DNA of 64,000 nucleotides, from positions 64,001 to 128,000 of IMG/VR virus record IMGVR_UViG_3300021963_009201. One strand, 5' to 3'. Each line of letters begins with the position of its first letter. Position 1 is the first letter of the stretch. Origin of the DNA: a virus. Shown one piece after another: positions 55,712 to 64,000 of the stretch. The position numbers and the translations under genes are program-made. The notes under the pieces are model-generated. The model made no database searches and was not told where the DNA came from. It saw nothing but the letters and a program-made list of their open reading frames with translations.

Positions 55712-56755
55712 TTATTGTATATTCTGATTATCGTAAAAGTTAGAGTTTGCGTTATTCAAAAGGCGTGTAAGTTCAGACAACGAATATTTTATCCATTCTT
55801 TTGGATTATTATTCGGAGTCAAACTAAACCAGCATGATTCCATTGGTGTAGATGTCGAATTGCCGCGATAGTGAACTACGCCTTTTGGAATAACGGCCAT
55901 ATTATTTTGCAGGTGCGTCTTAACTAGACACGACCAACTCATCCAAGCGCTATGTAATAGATCCCTATTACTGTATAGCAAATAGTGTCTGAATTCGTCG
56001 TAGGTAAGACAACCTATATCATACAAGTCTAAAAGATTTTCTGCAACTAAATTCCAGTATAGTTGTTTGGAGCTCCAGTTATCTCTAAAAGACATTGCAG
56101 TATTTGTAAACCTAATCCAACTACCCGAATGCTTTAGTCTGTCTTTTGTTGATAGTATAATTTCTATAGTTTCTTCGCCAAAGATAGACATAAGATCGGC
56201 GTGGATATAGCTTACGGAGCCACTTGCGGAAGATCGAATAGCATCTGTAAGGTTGCCATTCCATGTTTTTGCTTGTGGCCATTTTCTCTCAATTTGTTCA
56301 AAAGTAGAAACATTTTTTTCTACTAAAAACAAACGAGAGTAATCGATAGAAAAGTTTTCTATCAATTCTTGAGGTTCAACGGATAACTCGGGTAAGAGTA
56401 TACAATATCCGGAACTAAGATCTACATCTATTGATTTTTTTTCTTGAAGTGAGATCTGTCTTTTTATGGAGACATTATAGGAAGACTCTTCAATGAAGTC
56501 AATAGGTACGGAAATGCCTAAAAGGTCTAGACCTTTTCGTGTGGGCACCCATATATCTGCCCTTCTTCCCCTTTTACTTCTGGGGTGCAGGTCTTGCTTT
56601 CTTTTTATATATCTATTAGAGAGCAGTTCTATTCTTGAAGGCAGAAATTCGTGTTGAGTAACTAGTTTTGCGCTTCTTAATTCTGTAGAAGTAACTGCTT
56701 TATTTGACGCAATAAACCTAAGGAGTTTTTTTGCGCTAACGGAAATTTTATCCAC
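55712..56755 (-). CDS. winged-HTH protein fused to a methyltransferase-like Rossmann domain
   Basis: N-terminal KKLLRFI...ELRS...ELLSNRYI...RRADIWVPTRKG; C-terminal LFLVEKN...WNGNL...YIHADLM. Confidence 0.5.
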   Translation of the reverse strand: MDKISVSAKKLLRFIASNKAVTSTELRSAKLVTQHEFLPSRIELLSNRYIKRKQDLHPRSKRGRRADIWVPTRKGLDLLGISVPIDFIEESSYNVSIKRQISLQEKKSIDVDLSSGYCILLPELSVEPQELIENFSIDYSRLFLVEKNVSTFEQIERKWPQAKTWNGNLTDAIRSSASGSVSYIHADLMSIFGEETIEIILSTKDRLKHSGSWIRFTNTAMSFRDNWSSKQLYWNLVAENLLDLYDIGCLTYDEFRHYLLYSNRDLLHSAWMSWSCLVKTHLQNNMAVIPKGVVHYRGNSTSTPMESCWFSLTPNNNPKEWIKYSLSELTRLLNNANSNFYDNQNIQ

Positions 56756-56773
56756 ATATGCCTCTTGTTTCTC

Positions 56774-56814
56774 CTCTGCGGCAGAGAGCTTTTTGATCGC
56801 CCCCTGCCGCAGAG
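56774..56814. promoter_or_regulatory. stem-loop immediately 3' of the Ubl gene
   Basis: CTCTGCGGCAG-19 nt-CTGCCGCAGAG. Confidence 0.6.
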
Positions 56815-56830
56815 AAAACTAATGTGACTA

Positions 56831-57076
56831 TTAGCCCTTTTCGCCAGCGCGACGATGGAACTCAATGTTGTCACCAGACTGGATGACATAGTTGTCGTCC
56901 AGTTTTTCCTTACCCTTGTAAGCGTTTGCGTCGCCTGGGATGCCCCACATCGACCCAAACTGCTGACGAAGTTCAGAAACGCTCTTACCTACGTGATTAC
57001 CGGGATTGTTGTAAACACCGTAGCGGATCTGTGCTGAGCCACCGCTCTGCGATCCTGGGGATGATGCTTGCTGCAT
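56831..57076 (-). CDS. ubiquitin-like (beta-grasp) modifier protein
   Basis: 81 aa; GKSVSELR, LDDNYVIQSGDNIEF beta-grasp pattern; exposed tail RRAGEKG; starts 1 nt after the E1 stop. Confidence 0.8.
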   Translation of the reverse strand: MQQASSPGSQSGGSAQIRYGVYNNPGNHVGKSVSELRQQFGSMWGIPGDANAYKGKEKLDDNYVIQSGDNIEFHRRAGEKG

Positions 57077-57859
57077 TTATGCTCCTTGGTATACTAATTC
57101 GTTAACGTTAACGCTTCGGTCAAAACTCTGGGCTAACCCGGCTTCTAAGTCAAAGAAATATTCACAATTAGAAGCCGGATCATTACCTTCAACAATGACC
57201 ATATTAAACCGTGCCAGCAATGCTGCTGTTACGGCCATATTCGTGGCAAGAAGCTGCGTCCCTCCTTCGAGTTCAGCCCTCTCTTGACACGAAAGTTCAC
57301 CAGGGTTACGGTCAGGAGGATTTACGTACTCCTCATGCCAAACCGCAGGGTGATCTACCAGCTCAATACCATCACGCTTAGCGTAGTGGTACGTAGAGCC
57401 AAAGTACTTTTCATCATTTCCGCCCAAAAATACGTCGACATTATTAATTTTAGAGGCCGCATCTATTAGCTGTTTCCTTGCTTTGAAGTTATCAACTACA
57501 GCAAAAATGATATCTTTTTCGACAATTAAGTCAGAAGCAGCTATTTTTCCTGCCGGCTTAGAGCCATCTGCTTCCTTGTCATCATCTTTTGCCCCCTCAA
57601 CTTTATCGACTACCCAATATGGCATAGGGATTATAAACGTTTTGTCAAACTGGGGGACAAGTTCTGAAGCGAGAACTTCAGCTTTATTGCCTACGCCATT
57701 AAAAAACTGACGTTGCTTATTCTTTGCTTCGAAGTTGTCACCATCAACTATGACTAGCGCTGACCCTGGCATTCTCCATTCTAGAGTCATAGCGATAGAC
57801 CTAGAAAGCAGGGAGCCAATACCGCCTGCGCCAACGATAATTACTCTGCGCTCTTCCAT
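57077..57859 (-). CDS. ThiF/E1-like ubiquitin-activating enzyme
   Basis: IIVGAGGIGS, IVDGDNFEAKNKQRQ, NKAEVL, VVDNFKAR, single Cys in ELSCQE followed by QLLATN. Confidence 0.92.
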   Translation of the reverse strand: MEERRVIIVGAGGIGSLLSRSIAMTLEWRMPGSALVIVDGDNFEAKNKQRQFFNGVGNKAEVLASELVPQFDKTFIIPMPYWVVDKVEGAKDDDKEADGSKPAGKIAASDLIVEKDIIFAVVDNFKARKQLIDAASKINNVDVFLGGNDEKYFGSTYHYAKRDGIELVDHPAVWHEEYVNPPDRNPGELSCQERAELEGGTQLLATNMAVTAALLARFNMVIVEGNDPASNCEYFFDLEAGLAQSFDRSVNVNELVYQGA

Positions 57860-58431
57860 TAAAACTCCTCGTAATTTATGTGAATATAGTCATTTGTTGC
57901 TGCTGACGACAAACTTTGAATGACTAATTCATCTTGGTAATAATCTTCACATACTGTAATACCTGCACTGATTTTAGGGTTCTTTATGTAATGAATTACA
58001 AAATTACGCAAGGGTTTGCAGTATTCAGTGTATTGGTACGAGCATGTAAAGCAGTCATTGGAAAATGAGTCTTGATACACGTTTTCCCAAATATCTTGAG
58101 GGACTTCTTCTGTATCATCCCAGCTCACTGGGTATGAACATGTGCAATCCATCATAGACTCTTCGCAGCAAATCATTAAAGGATCACTTGATGCGTAAAA
58201 GTCTTTAATCTGTTCTATAACAACTGTTGGTGCAGTAGCAACAAAAAGATCCCAGTCTTCTTCAGTAAAACCAACGCCACACGATTCGCATGAGTGTTCG
58301 TTAAATTCGACTAGATCTTTGCAGTTGGGATTCAAACATTCAACTAGTAGAGCACTCTCGTTATGGGAGCTTGATGCTATATCTATATTGCAGTAGGGAC
58401 AATTGGGAAGATCTTCTTCCATTTCACTCAA
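57859..58431 (-). CDS. multi-zinc-finger acidic protein inside the Ubl operon
   Basis: CPYC, CLNPNC, CESC, CC...CTC, CFTC...C...C. Confidence 0.7.
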   Translation of the reverse strand: MSEMEEDLPNCPYCNIDIASSSHNESALLVECLNPNCKDLVEFNEHSCESCGVGFTEEDWDLFVATAPTVVIEQIKDFYASSDPLMICCEESMMDCTCSYPVSWDDTEEVPQDIWENVYQDSFSNDCFTCSYQYTEYCKPLRNFVIHYIKNPKISAGITVCEDYYQDELVIQSLSSAATNDYIHINYEEF

Positions 58432-58479
58432 ATAGGAGTAACACTCAAGGCAGTAGCCGTAGTGCTCTTTATTTGAGTG
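58425..58479. promoter_or_regulatory. long imperfect intergenic stem-loop
   Basis: CACTCAAATA...TATTTGAGTG arms with further internal pairing, between JAB and the Zn-finger gene. Confidence 0.5.
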
Positions 58480-58481
58480 AT

Positions 58482-59753
58482 TCAGCCTTTTCCCAGCGCA
58501 TCACCGACTTTATCTGCTGCGCAGTAAAGTTCGAGTTTATCTTGAGAGTTGTTTTTGGTCCATAAGTATATTGGTTTTTGAACGCTTCGTTCTATGTCGA
58601 TGTCGTTGGAAAACAGCCCCATTGCTTTGCGGTGTGCTACTACATTGGGTACAGTTTCGTTATCGAACATAATATACTGATGACAGGACAGGCATCGACG
58701 CTTATCTTTGTCTACTTTGACAAACTTCACGGAACAAAACGGACAATGTGTATCGTTTTCGCTGATGCAGGCGATAATAATATTATCTTTGATAGGGGGA
58801 AAATCTTCAGGAAGCGTAACTTCTTTAGCTTGAGGTACAGTGCTGTAGCCTGTAGTTGAAGTTCCACCCGCACCGTACCCGTAGGAATAGTCGGTATAAC
58901 CGTATGAGCCAACGCCAGTTTTTCCGTTAGCTGTAGGTGTGTATACTTTCTTGGAAACTTTACCCATCCATACATCAATATCTGGCGAAGGGTCAGATTT
59001 TGGGAATGAATCAAATACCTGCCCTGGGTCAAGAGAAAATACTCCACCAGGAGTTTGTAACTCAATATGGTATTCTGTAGCATTATTGTTAATATTCTTC
59101 CGCCAACCATAGGTTATATGAATACCCGGAAAATCTGCCTGATCTTTATGGTCAGTGCCGGAAGCAAATGCTGGCATGTTTGGGTGGCTGTGAGCGGAGC
59201 CGACTAGGTAGACATGTTCCGGCTTCTCTTTAGCTATAGACTCGTGGTCATAAGCACAGTCAGCCGCCGTGTTTGTTTGGTCGGGAACTAAAACTCCCCA
59301 TCCGTCGCCTTCGTTTTCGAGACCAAAAAAGTTTGGATCATAAGTAAGGAGTACTATCGACTCGGTGCCGTGCTTGTCTTCGACAGCCCTAAAGAAATCG
59401 TCCATTTTTTGAACCATTTCATAAGGAATTCTAGGAAGCGTATACTCTGCGCTAGTAGAAAGAGTTTCCAAGTTAAGTTCTTGTTCTGTTGCTACAGTAA
59501 CAGAACGGGAAATAATAGTGGAGACAACTTTGAAAATTGTCGGCCTTGTACTAGTCTTGGTCGTCTTATTAGTGTCTGTATAGCTATATTCTTCTACCGT
59601 CATTAAGTAGTAGAAGTTATAGCCATGGGCTTCAATATGTTGGCAAATATCATCTACATTTCCAACGAAGCATGGCATTCCATTTGGTAGGTCAAAATAA
59701 GTTAATTCTTCCAGCGGAATTAACTCAAACTTATCTTCTGATACTTCTGTCAT
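58482..59753 (-). CDS. JAB/JAMM metalloprotease with C-terminal Zn finger
   Basis: GTESIVLL, exact JAMM motif HSH-x7-S-x2-D (HSHPNMPAFASGTD), CPFC...CLSC. Confidence 0.9.
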   Translation of the reverse strand: MTEVSEDKFELIPLEELTYFDLPNGMPCFVGNVDDICQHIEAHGYNFYYLMTVEEYSYTDTNKTTKTSTRPTIFKVVSTIISRSVTVATEQELNLETLSTSAEYTLPRIPYEMVQKMDDFFRAVEDKHGTESIVLLTYDPNFFGLENEGDGWGVLVPDQTNTAADCAYDHESIAKEKPEHVYLVGSAHSHPNMPAFASGTDHKDQADFPGIHITYGWRKNINNNATEYHIELQTPGGVFSLDPGQVFDSFPKSDPSPDIDVWMGKVSKKVYTPTANGKTGVGSYGYTDYSYGYGAGGTSTTGYSTVPQAKEVTLPEDFPPIKDNIIIACISENDTHCPFCSVKFVKVDKDKRRCLSCHQYIMFDNETVPNVVAHRKAMGLFSNDIDIERSVQKPIYLWTKNNSQDKLELYCAADKVGDALGKG

Positions 59754-59776
59754 TACAGGTCCTTGTTGAGGTTAGT

Positions 59777-61279
59777 TTAAGAAAGTACTAGTTTTGCGTA
59801 GCAGCTTTTGCAAACTGGCTGCGAATAGTTATCGTCTAAATATTGAATATTTTCTTTATAAACAAGAGATTTACATTGGCAAATAGAGTATTCTGTTACG
59901 CAGTCTGAGCAAAGTTTAGCTAAAGACATTTCCTGGGTAAAAGGATCAAGGTGTTCAATCAGGGCAAGATCCTCGACTGCTGTAGGGTATGAACAGTTAG
60001 AGCAATGCTCAACTTTGGTACAAGCTACGCACATATCGTTACTGATTAACGATTCTTCATCTTCATGAAAACTATAACATTTCTGACACTGAAACAAAGT
60101 CACACATGAAGAGCAGTGAAAGTTTTCATTGTAAAAAGCCATGTCGGCATAATGCTTATGAGTGTCACATGAAACGCAAATAGCTAATTTTTCTTCTGCG
60201 CACCAAGTGCATGCATAACCGTTTTCAAAGCTTATAACATTTGAAGACCCATAGATTTCTCCGCAAAGTTTGCACGACGTAATGTGATCAGAAAACGGTA
60301 TAAGCGGCTTATGTTCTTCTGCTGTTTTTATCGTTTTGCTTTCAGCACTCCTAAAAGCGCTTTGAATCTTAGTCAATACATCTTTATTTGACGGAGGCTC
60401 AAGATCTTCTCGAATAAACTTTTGATAATTTTTTGGAGTATTTTGATCTCCGTAATATGCGCGGTACTTGCCATCTACCGCCATTCTCAATGTGTAGTAA
60501 GAACCATCTTCACCATCGTAGTGCTTCGTCTGATCATCAATATCTTTTACAATGACGGGAATCCAAAGGCTACCATCTAGGGTCCAATCAGCGCCTTCTT
60601 GGGATGATTTACCTTCCCAAGCCTCAGGGTCCCAGAGGTAATTATATTCGATATTGTTTTCATATTTCTCGGCGTAAAAACGTGGGCCATCTGTTTCTTT
60701 CATGTTGGCGTCATTATATGCTTCAGTGCCGCCAGCGCGCTCAACGAGATTTGCTATTTTTTGACCAAGGTTCAAGTGTGATATAGATGGTTTATTGTGA
60801 TAAAGACATATCCAGCCGACACCATTACCGTTGCCATAGCCTTTGCAATTTAAGTTTGGCAAGTTCACATGAAATAAAACTTGATCAAGACTAGTTATAG
60901 GTGTCGGAGAGTAAAAGTGTCTAGCACCAAAAAATTCATTATCAACAAAATCGCCAATTACAATACGATACGGCATTGCAAGGTCGTAGTGGACGGCTTC
61001 GGTATCCCCTTCGGAACCGCCCCATATGACCCTATATACGCCTGGAGTATGCTGAAATACTACCTGACAATGCCCAAGGGCTTGACGGATCATTAACGTG
61101 CCCGATCCGTCAAGCGGCAATATCCCGGTATCAAAAAATGCTATATCACTTATTGACTTAAAAACAGCATTCAACTCTTTTGTTTCAGTATTTTCTATAT
61201 TACCGACAACAATAGAATTTTTAACTCCCTGATCACTTAATTCAATAAAGGAACCTATTTTTGGGTCAACATATGACAT
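59777..61279 (-). CDS. prokaryotic E2-like domain fused to about ten CxxC zinc-finger units, paralogue A
   Basis: GILPLDG...DLAMPYRIVI...LFHVNLPNLNC...GWICL...YNDANM; C-terminal CKLC, CTWC, CVSC, CSSC, CQKC, CVAC, CSNC, CSDC, CQC, CKSC. Confidence 0.72.
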   Translation of the reverse strand: MSYVDPKIGSFIELSDQGVKNSIVVGNIENTETKELNAVFKSISDIAFFDTGILPLDGSGTLMIRQALGHCQVVFQHTPGVYRVIWGGSEGDTEAVHYDLAMPYRIVIGDFVDNEFFGARHFYSPTPITSLDQVLFHVNLPNLNCKGYGNGNGVGWICLYHNKPSISHLNLGQKIANLVERAGGTEAYNDANMKETDGPRFYAEKYENNIEYNYLWDPEAWEGKSSQEGADWTLDGSLWIPVIVKDIDDQTKHYDGEDGSYYTLRMAVDGKYRAYYGDQNTPKNYQKFIREDLEPPSNKDVLTKIQSAFRSAESKTIKTAEEHKPLIPFSDHITSCKLCGEIYGSSNVISFENGYACTWCAEEKLAICVSCDTHKHYADMAFYNENFHCSSCVTLFQCQKCYSFHEDEESLISNDMCVACTKVEHCSNCSYPTAVEDLALIEHLDPFTQEMSLAKLCSDCVTEYSICQCKSLVYKENIQYLDDNYSQPVCKSCYAKLVLS

Positions 61280-61282
61280 AAT

Positions 61283-61681
61283 TTAACTTTCGTTTAAATT
61301 CAAAAACTTATTTAAGGCTTCATCAATTTCTTCATCAAAGTCGCCAAAAGCCCAAGCTAACCAGCTCGGGTCAGATTCGGCTAGATCAAGAATTTCCTTG
61401 CGTTTCCTTAAAACGTCTAATGGCTCAAGAAGTTCGGCAACCCGGCTTAAACCTTTAGATAAACCAATAAGCTCTTCCTTGTTGTGGCTAATGTGCATAA
61501 TTGGAACAATTATTGGATTGCCATCTAAGGTAAACTTATTAACTATGTTATCAATTCGGGTTTCCAGCGCCTCGATTTGAAGATCTATTTCTTTTTTTGC
61601 GAAAGAAGCGCTGGAAGCGTTAAAGCGGAAAGTGTCAATAGGTTTTGACGCTTTATTATTTTCAAGTGGTTGATGTGTCAA
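61283..61681 (-). CDS. hypothetical coiled-coil protein
   Basis: Coupled ORF. Confidence 0.65.
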   Translation of the reverse strand: MTHQPLENNKASKPIDTFRFNASSASFAKKEIDLQIEALETRIDNIVNKFTLDGNPIIVPIMHISHNKEELIGLSKGLSRVAELLEPLDVLRKRKEILDLAESDPSWLAWAFGDFDEEIDEALNKFLNLNES

Positions 61682-61907
61682 ATCTAAATCCCTTGTGATT
61701 TTGACTTCGTTTCTGCAGGTAGTCTACTATTTCTCTTACGGACCACCATGCAGTGCATAGTGCAACTATGCTTCGAGTAATAAGTCTTATGATGTATTCT
61801 TCCTTAGTGCCATTAAATGGGTTTGTGCCGCCTGGGCCCTGAACGTCAAAGTAGATATTATCTAAGAAAAGTTGAATTTGCTTTACTGTTTCGGTTTTTT
61901 GTTCCAT
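61662..61907 (-). CDS. hypothetical protein
   Basis: ORF track. Confidence 0.55.
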   Translation of the reverse strand: MEQKTETVKQIQLFLDNIYFDVQGPGGTNPFNGTKEEYIIRLITRSIVALCTAWWSVREIVDYLQKRSQNHKGFRFDTSTT

Positions 61908-62021
61908 AGTCCAATTTGTTTTGAGTCTTGAGATTAATGTAATATGTCTTTTTAATTTTAAGTTCTAAGCGTCTATTTAAAAATTTAGAAATTGCTCCGA
62001 ATAATAATAAAGCAGTCATTG

Positions 62022-62519
62022 TTAAAGCCTTGATTCACTTAAGCGATCATTTAAATCTTTAGATCGCTTTCTTTTAATGTCTAAAATAGTTTCATGATCT
62101 ATGTCATTATCTTTTAGGTACTGATGATACATTGAGTCAACTTGGTCTCTAATAATAGATTCAGATTTTTCGTTCCATTGAACCCAAATATTTCCAAACA
62201 AAGCGTCAATGTTTTTTACAGCAGACTGTATTTGTCGAGAACTGTGTCCTCCCCAAACCCCATATTCTTCTTTCTTAACTAAGGCTAAGAAAAGACAATC
62301 TTTTATGACTGGGCACTTCAAGCAGACTTTAGAAGCTGTATCTAATTCTTGATTATGGCTTCTAGGGTACATTTGCCCTGGTTCGCTTTCCCAGCAGTTC
62401 CCAAGTGGTGCCCAACTTCGTTTTTTAGTTTGAAGATTTCTATAAAAAAATTCTAAAGATTTGTATGGGGGTAATTCTATTTCTTCTAAAATATACTCTT
62501 CATCATAAATCATGTCCAT
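62022..62519 (-). CDS. whiB: WhiB-family Fe-S transcription factor with extensions
   Basis: NCW...KVCLKCPVIKDCL...EEYGVWGG; start taken at ATG 62519. Confidence 0.88.
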   Translation of the reverse strand: MDMIYDEEYILEEIELPPYKSLEFFYRNLQTKKRSWAPLGNCWESEPGQMYPRSHNQELDTASKVCLKCPVIKDCLFLALVKKEEYGVWGGHSSRQIQSAVKNIDALFGNIWVQWNEKSESIIRDQVDSMYHQYLKDNDIDHETILDIKRKRSKDLNDRLSESRL

Positions 62520-63171
62520 TTTTATTTTCTTTTTCTGCAGAGAGTTCTTTAATAATTGAAAATAAGACAGCTGGCCTATAAAGCTTCTGTCCAATTTTAT
62601 CTGTTACATTTCCGTAATTAATGATATTTTCGTCAGGCGCAATATTTAAGCTAGAACACGATGCAATATATTGATTTTTGGCTTGCTCAAATTTCCAGTC
62701 CAAGAATGAATGGTATGTTCCCATATATAAGAAAAGTTTATCGGCTTCAAGTTCTTTTGGTGCACTTTCTGCCGCTTTCCAAATAATACTGGAATACTCA
62801 CGCACAACATGGATCATAATGATGTTATGCCGAGCTTCATGAAGGTCTATATAATCGTCTAGCATTCCCTCACTAATTCGGTTCACTACATCGCATAAAG
62901 CTGACATAATTGGCGCATCAGATCTAGAATCAAGAAGCTCTGAATAGAAAGATATTAAATCAGCACTAGCAAAAACCACTAACGGAACTGATGTATTGTG
63001 CAGATTAACGCTATCAATATCAATATATTTACTTAAGGCTTCTACAAGTTCTGAAGGGAGACTTTCTCCGTTTGGGCCTAAAATTTTTGAAGCACTCTTG
63101 TTATTTTTCGGCGCGTCATTAAGAATATCGTCATCTTCATCACCTATGAAGTACGGATTACTGGAATTCAA
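62503..63171 (-). CDS. hypothetical helical protein
   Basis: TTG start after AGGAG RBS. Confidence 0.7.
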   Translation of the reverse strand: MNSSNPYFIGDEDDDILNDAPKNNKSASKILGPNGESLPSELVEALSKYIDIDSVNLHNTSVPLVVFASADLISFYSELLDSRSDAPIMSALCDVVNRISEGMLDDYIDLHEARHNIIMIHVVREYSSIIWKAAESAPKELEADKLFLYMGTYHSFLDWKFEQAKNQYIASCSSLNIAPDENIINYGNVTDKIGQKLYRPAVLFSIIKELSAEKENKNGHDL

Positions 63172-63179
63172 AGTCGCTC

Positions 63180-63614
63180 CTATTTTTTGAGATTTTTTAA
63201 CTTATCTATTTCTAATTCATTTAGAAATACATTAGCAAGCTTGTCTGCTTCGTGGACGTAAGATCTTTTCACGTGTTGAATCCTAAATCTAAACTCTTGC
63301 TGAATAATCCTAATAGATTTTAAAAGAGTAAAAAGATTTTCGTTTCGGCATTGCCATTTTCCGTTTACCTGATTAACAACTACAGCGGAGTCGCTATAAA
63401 TTATAGGGTCGTTTAATTGAGCCATAGAACAAATTAGAAGACTCGTAATTACGGCTTCATATTCCGCTTCATTATTTGTTCGTTTGCCTAGGCCGCGAGC
63501 ATATTTTGCTATTTCTTTTTTATTTTTATAAACAACAATACCGCACGCTGCTTCCCCCATCTTTTTTTGGCCTTGCCCCCTTGCCGCACCATCGCAAACG
63601 ACTTCAATTAACAT
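63180..63614 (-). CDS. rnhA: ribonuclease HI
   Basis: CDGAARG, TNNEAEYEA, YSDS.VVVNQVNGKW, HVKR...EADKLAN. Confidence 0.92.
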   Translation of the reverse strand: MLIEVVCDGAARGQGQKKMGEAACGIVVYKNKKEIAKYARGLGKRTNNEAEYEAVITSLLICSMAQLNDPIIYSDSAVVVNQVNGKWQCRNENLFTLLKSIRIIQQEFRFRIQHVKRSYVHEADKLANVFLNELEIDKLKNLKK

Positions 63615-63621
63615 AGTTGAC

Positions 63622-63957
63622 CTAATCTATAGATCCGTATATTTCAATTTTAAGAATTTCCATTAGATCGTCCAACCTTGTCTTGACTATCTTCGGTGCA
63701 CGATCGTACAAGTCTAGAATCAAATCTAGATCTTTAGAAGAGTATATTATTTTTGAATCCCAAGTTTTTTGTCCAAGTAACAAAAATGATAATATTTTTA
63801 TTAAACGAAAATCCGAAATTTTTTTGTCAATATCATGCTTTGACTGGGATATAGCCAGTTCAGATACTAGGAACTGTAGAATATCATCTTTTTCGTTTTC
63901 ATCTAAACAAAAAAGGTAATCTAAAACATTATCATTTATCTCTAATATTTCATTCAT
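63622..63957 (-). CDS. hypothetical protein
   Basis: ORF track. Confidence 0.6.
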   Translation of the reverse strand: MNEILEINDNVLDYLFCLDENEKDDILQFLVSELAISQSKHDIDKKISDFRLIKILSFLLLGQKTWDSKIIYSSKDLDLILDLYDRAPKIVKTRLDDLMEILKIEIYGSID

Positions 63958-64000
63958 CTAGTTATCTCGAATGCTTTCTATTTTTATATTAGACACTAAA

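Noticed and set aside
56831-57076. Pup or UBact-type tag
   Set aside because: The tail is EKG rather than GGE/GGQ, the sequence pattern is beta-grasp rather than disordered, and no PafA/Dop ligase is present.
57077-57859. ThiF/MoeB as a thiamine or molybdopterin biosynthesis gene
   Set aside because: It lacks the zinc CxxC pairs, no ThiG/MoaE/rhodanese partners are present, the Ubl does not end in GG, and neighbours are E2-like and JAB genes.
1-64000. Alternative genetic code (stop-codon recoding) as seen in some large phages
   Set aside because: Conserved genes are full length in the standard code, and TAG, TGA and TAA all end genes at coupled junctions.

Overview
A 64-kb, AT-rich, gene-dense segment of a large tailed-phage genome. 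WhiB, an actinophage-type holin and leaderless transcripts point to an actinobacterial host (inference). The left 41 kb is almost all on the + strand: a virion structural block (a 2074-aa protein with peptidoglycan-binding repeats and four paralogous large proteins), a holin pair, nucleotide metabolism (class II RNR NrdJ, ThyX, dCMP deaminase, MazG-like), three GT2 glycosyltransferases, a replication module (DnaB-like helicase, AEP primase with PriL-like domain, DnaE, PD-(D/E)XK nucleases), a phage sigma factor, and a late cassette (collagen-like fibre, Gly-rich protein, amidase endolysin). The right 23 kb is one long - strand early/middle region: dNMP kinase, tRNA-Arg(UCU), a degenerate family-4 UDG, SSB, AAA+ ATPase, WhiB and RNase HI. 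The main result is a complete phage-encoded ubiquitin-like conjugation module resembling the PRTRC/Prok-E2_D systems: E2-like-Zn-finger fusion, JAB protease, Cys-rich protein, ThiF/E1 and a Ubl ending RRAGEKG. An AAA+ ATPase and two more E2-like paralogues follow on the same strand. All calls come from reading motifs by eye; no database searches were run.
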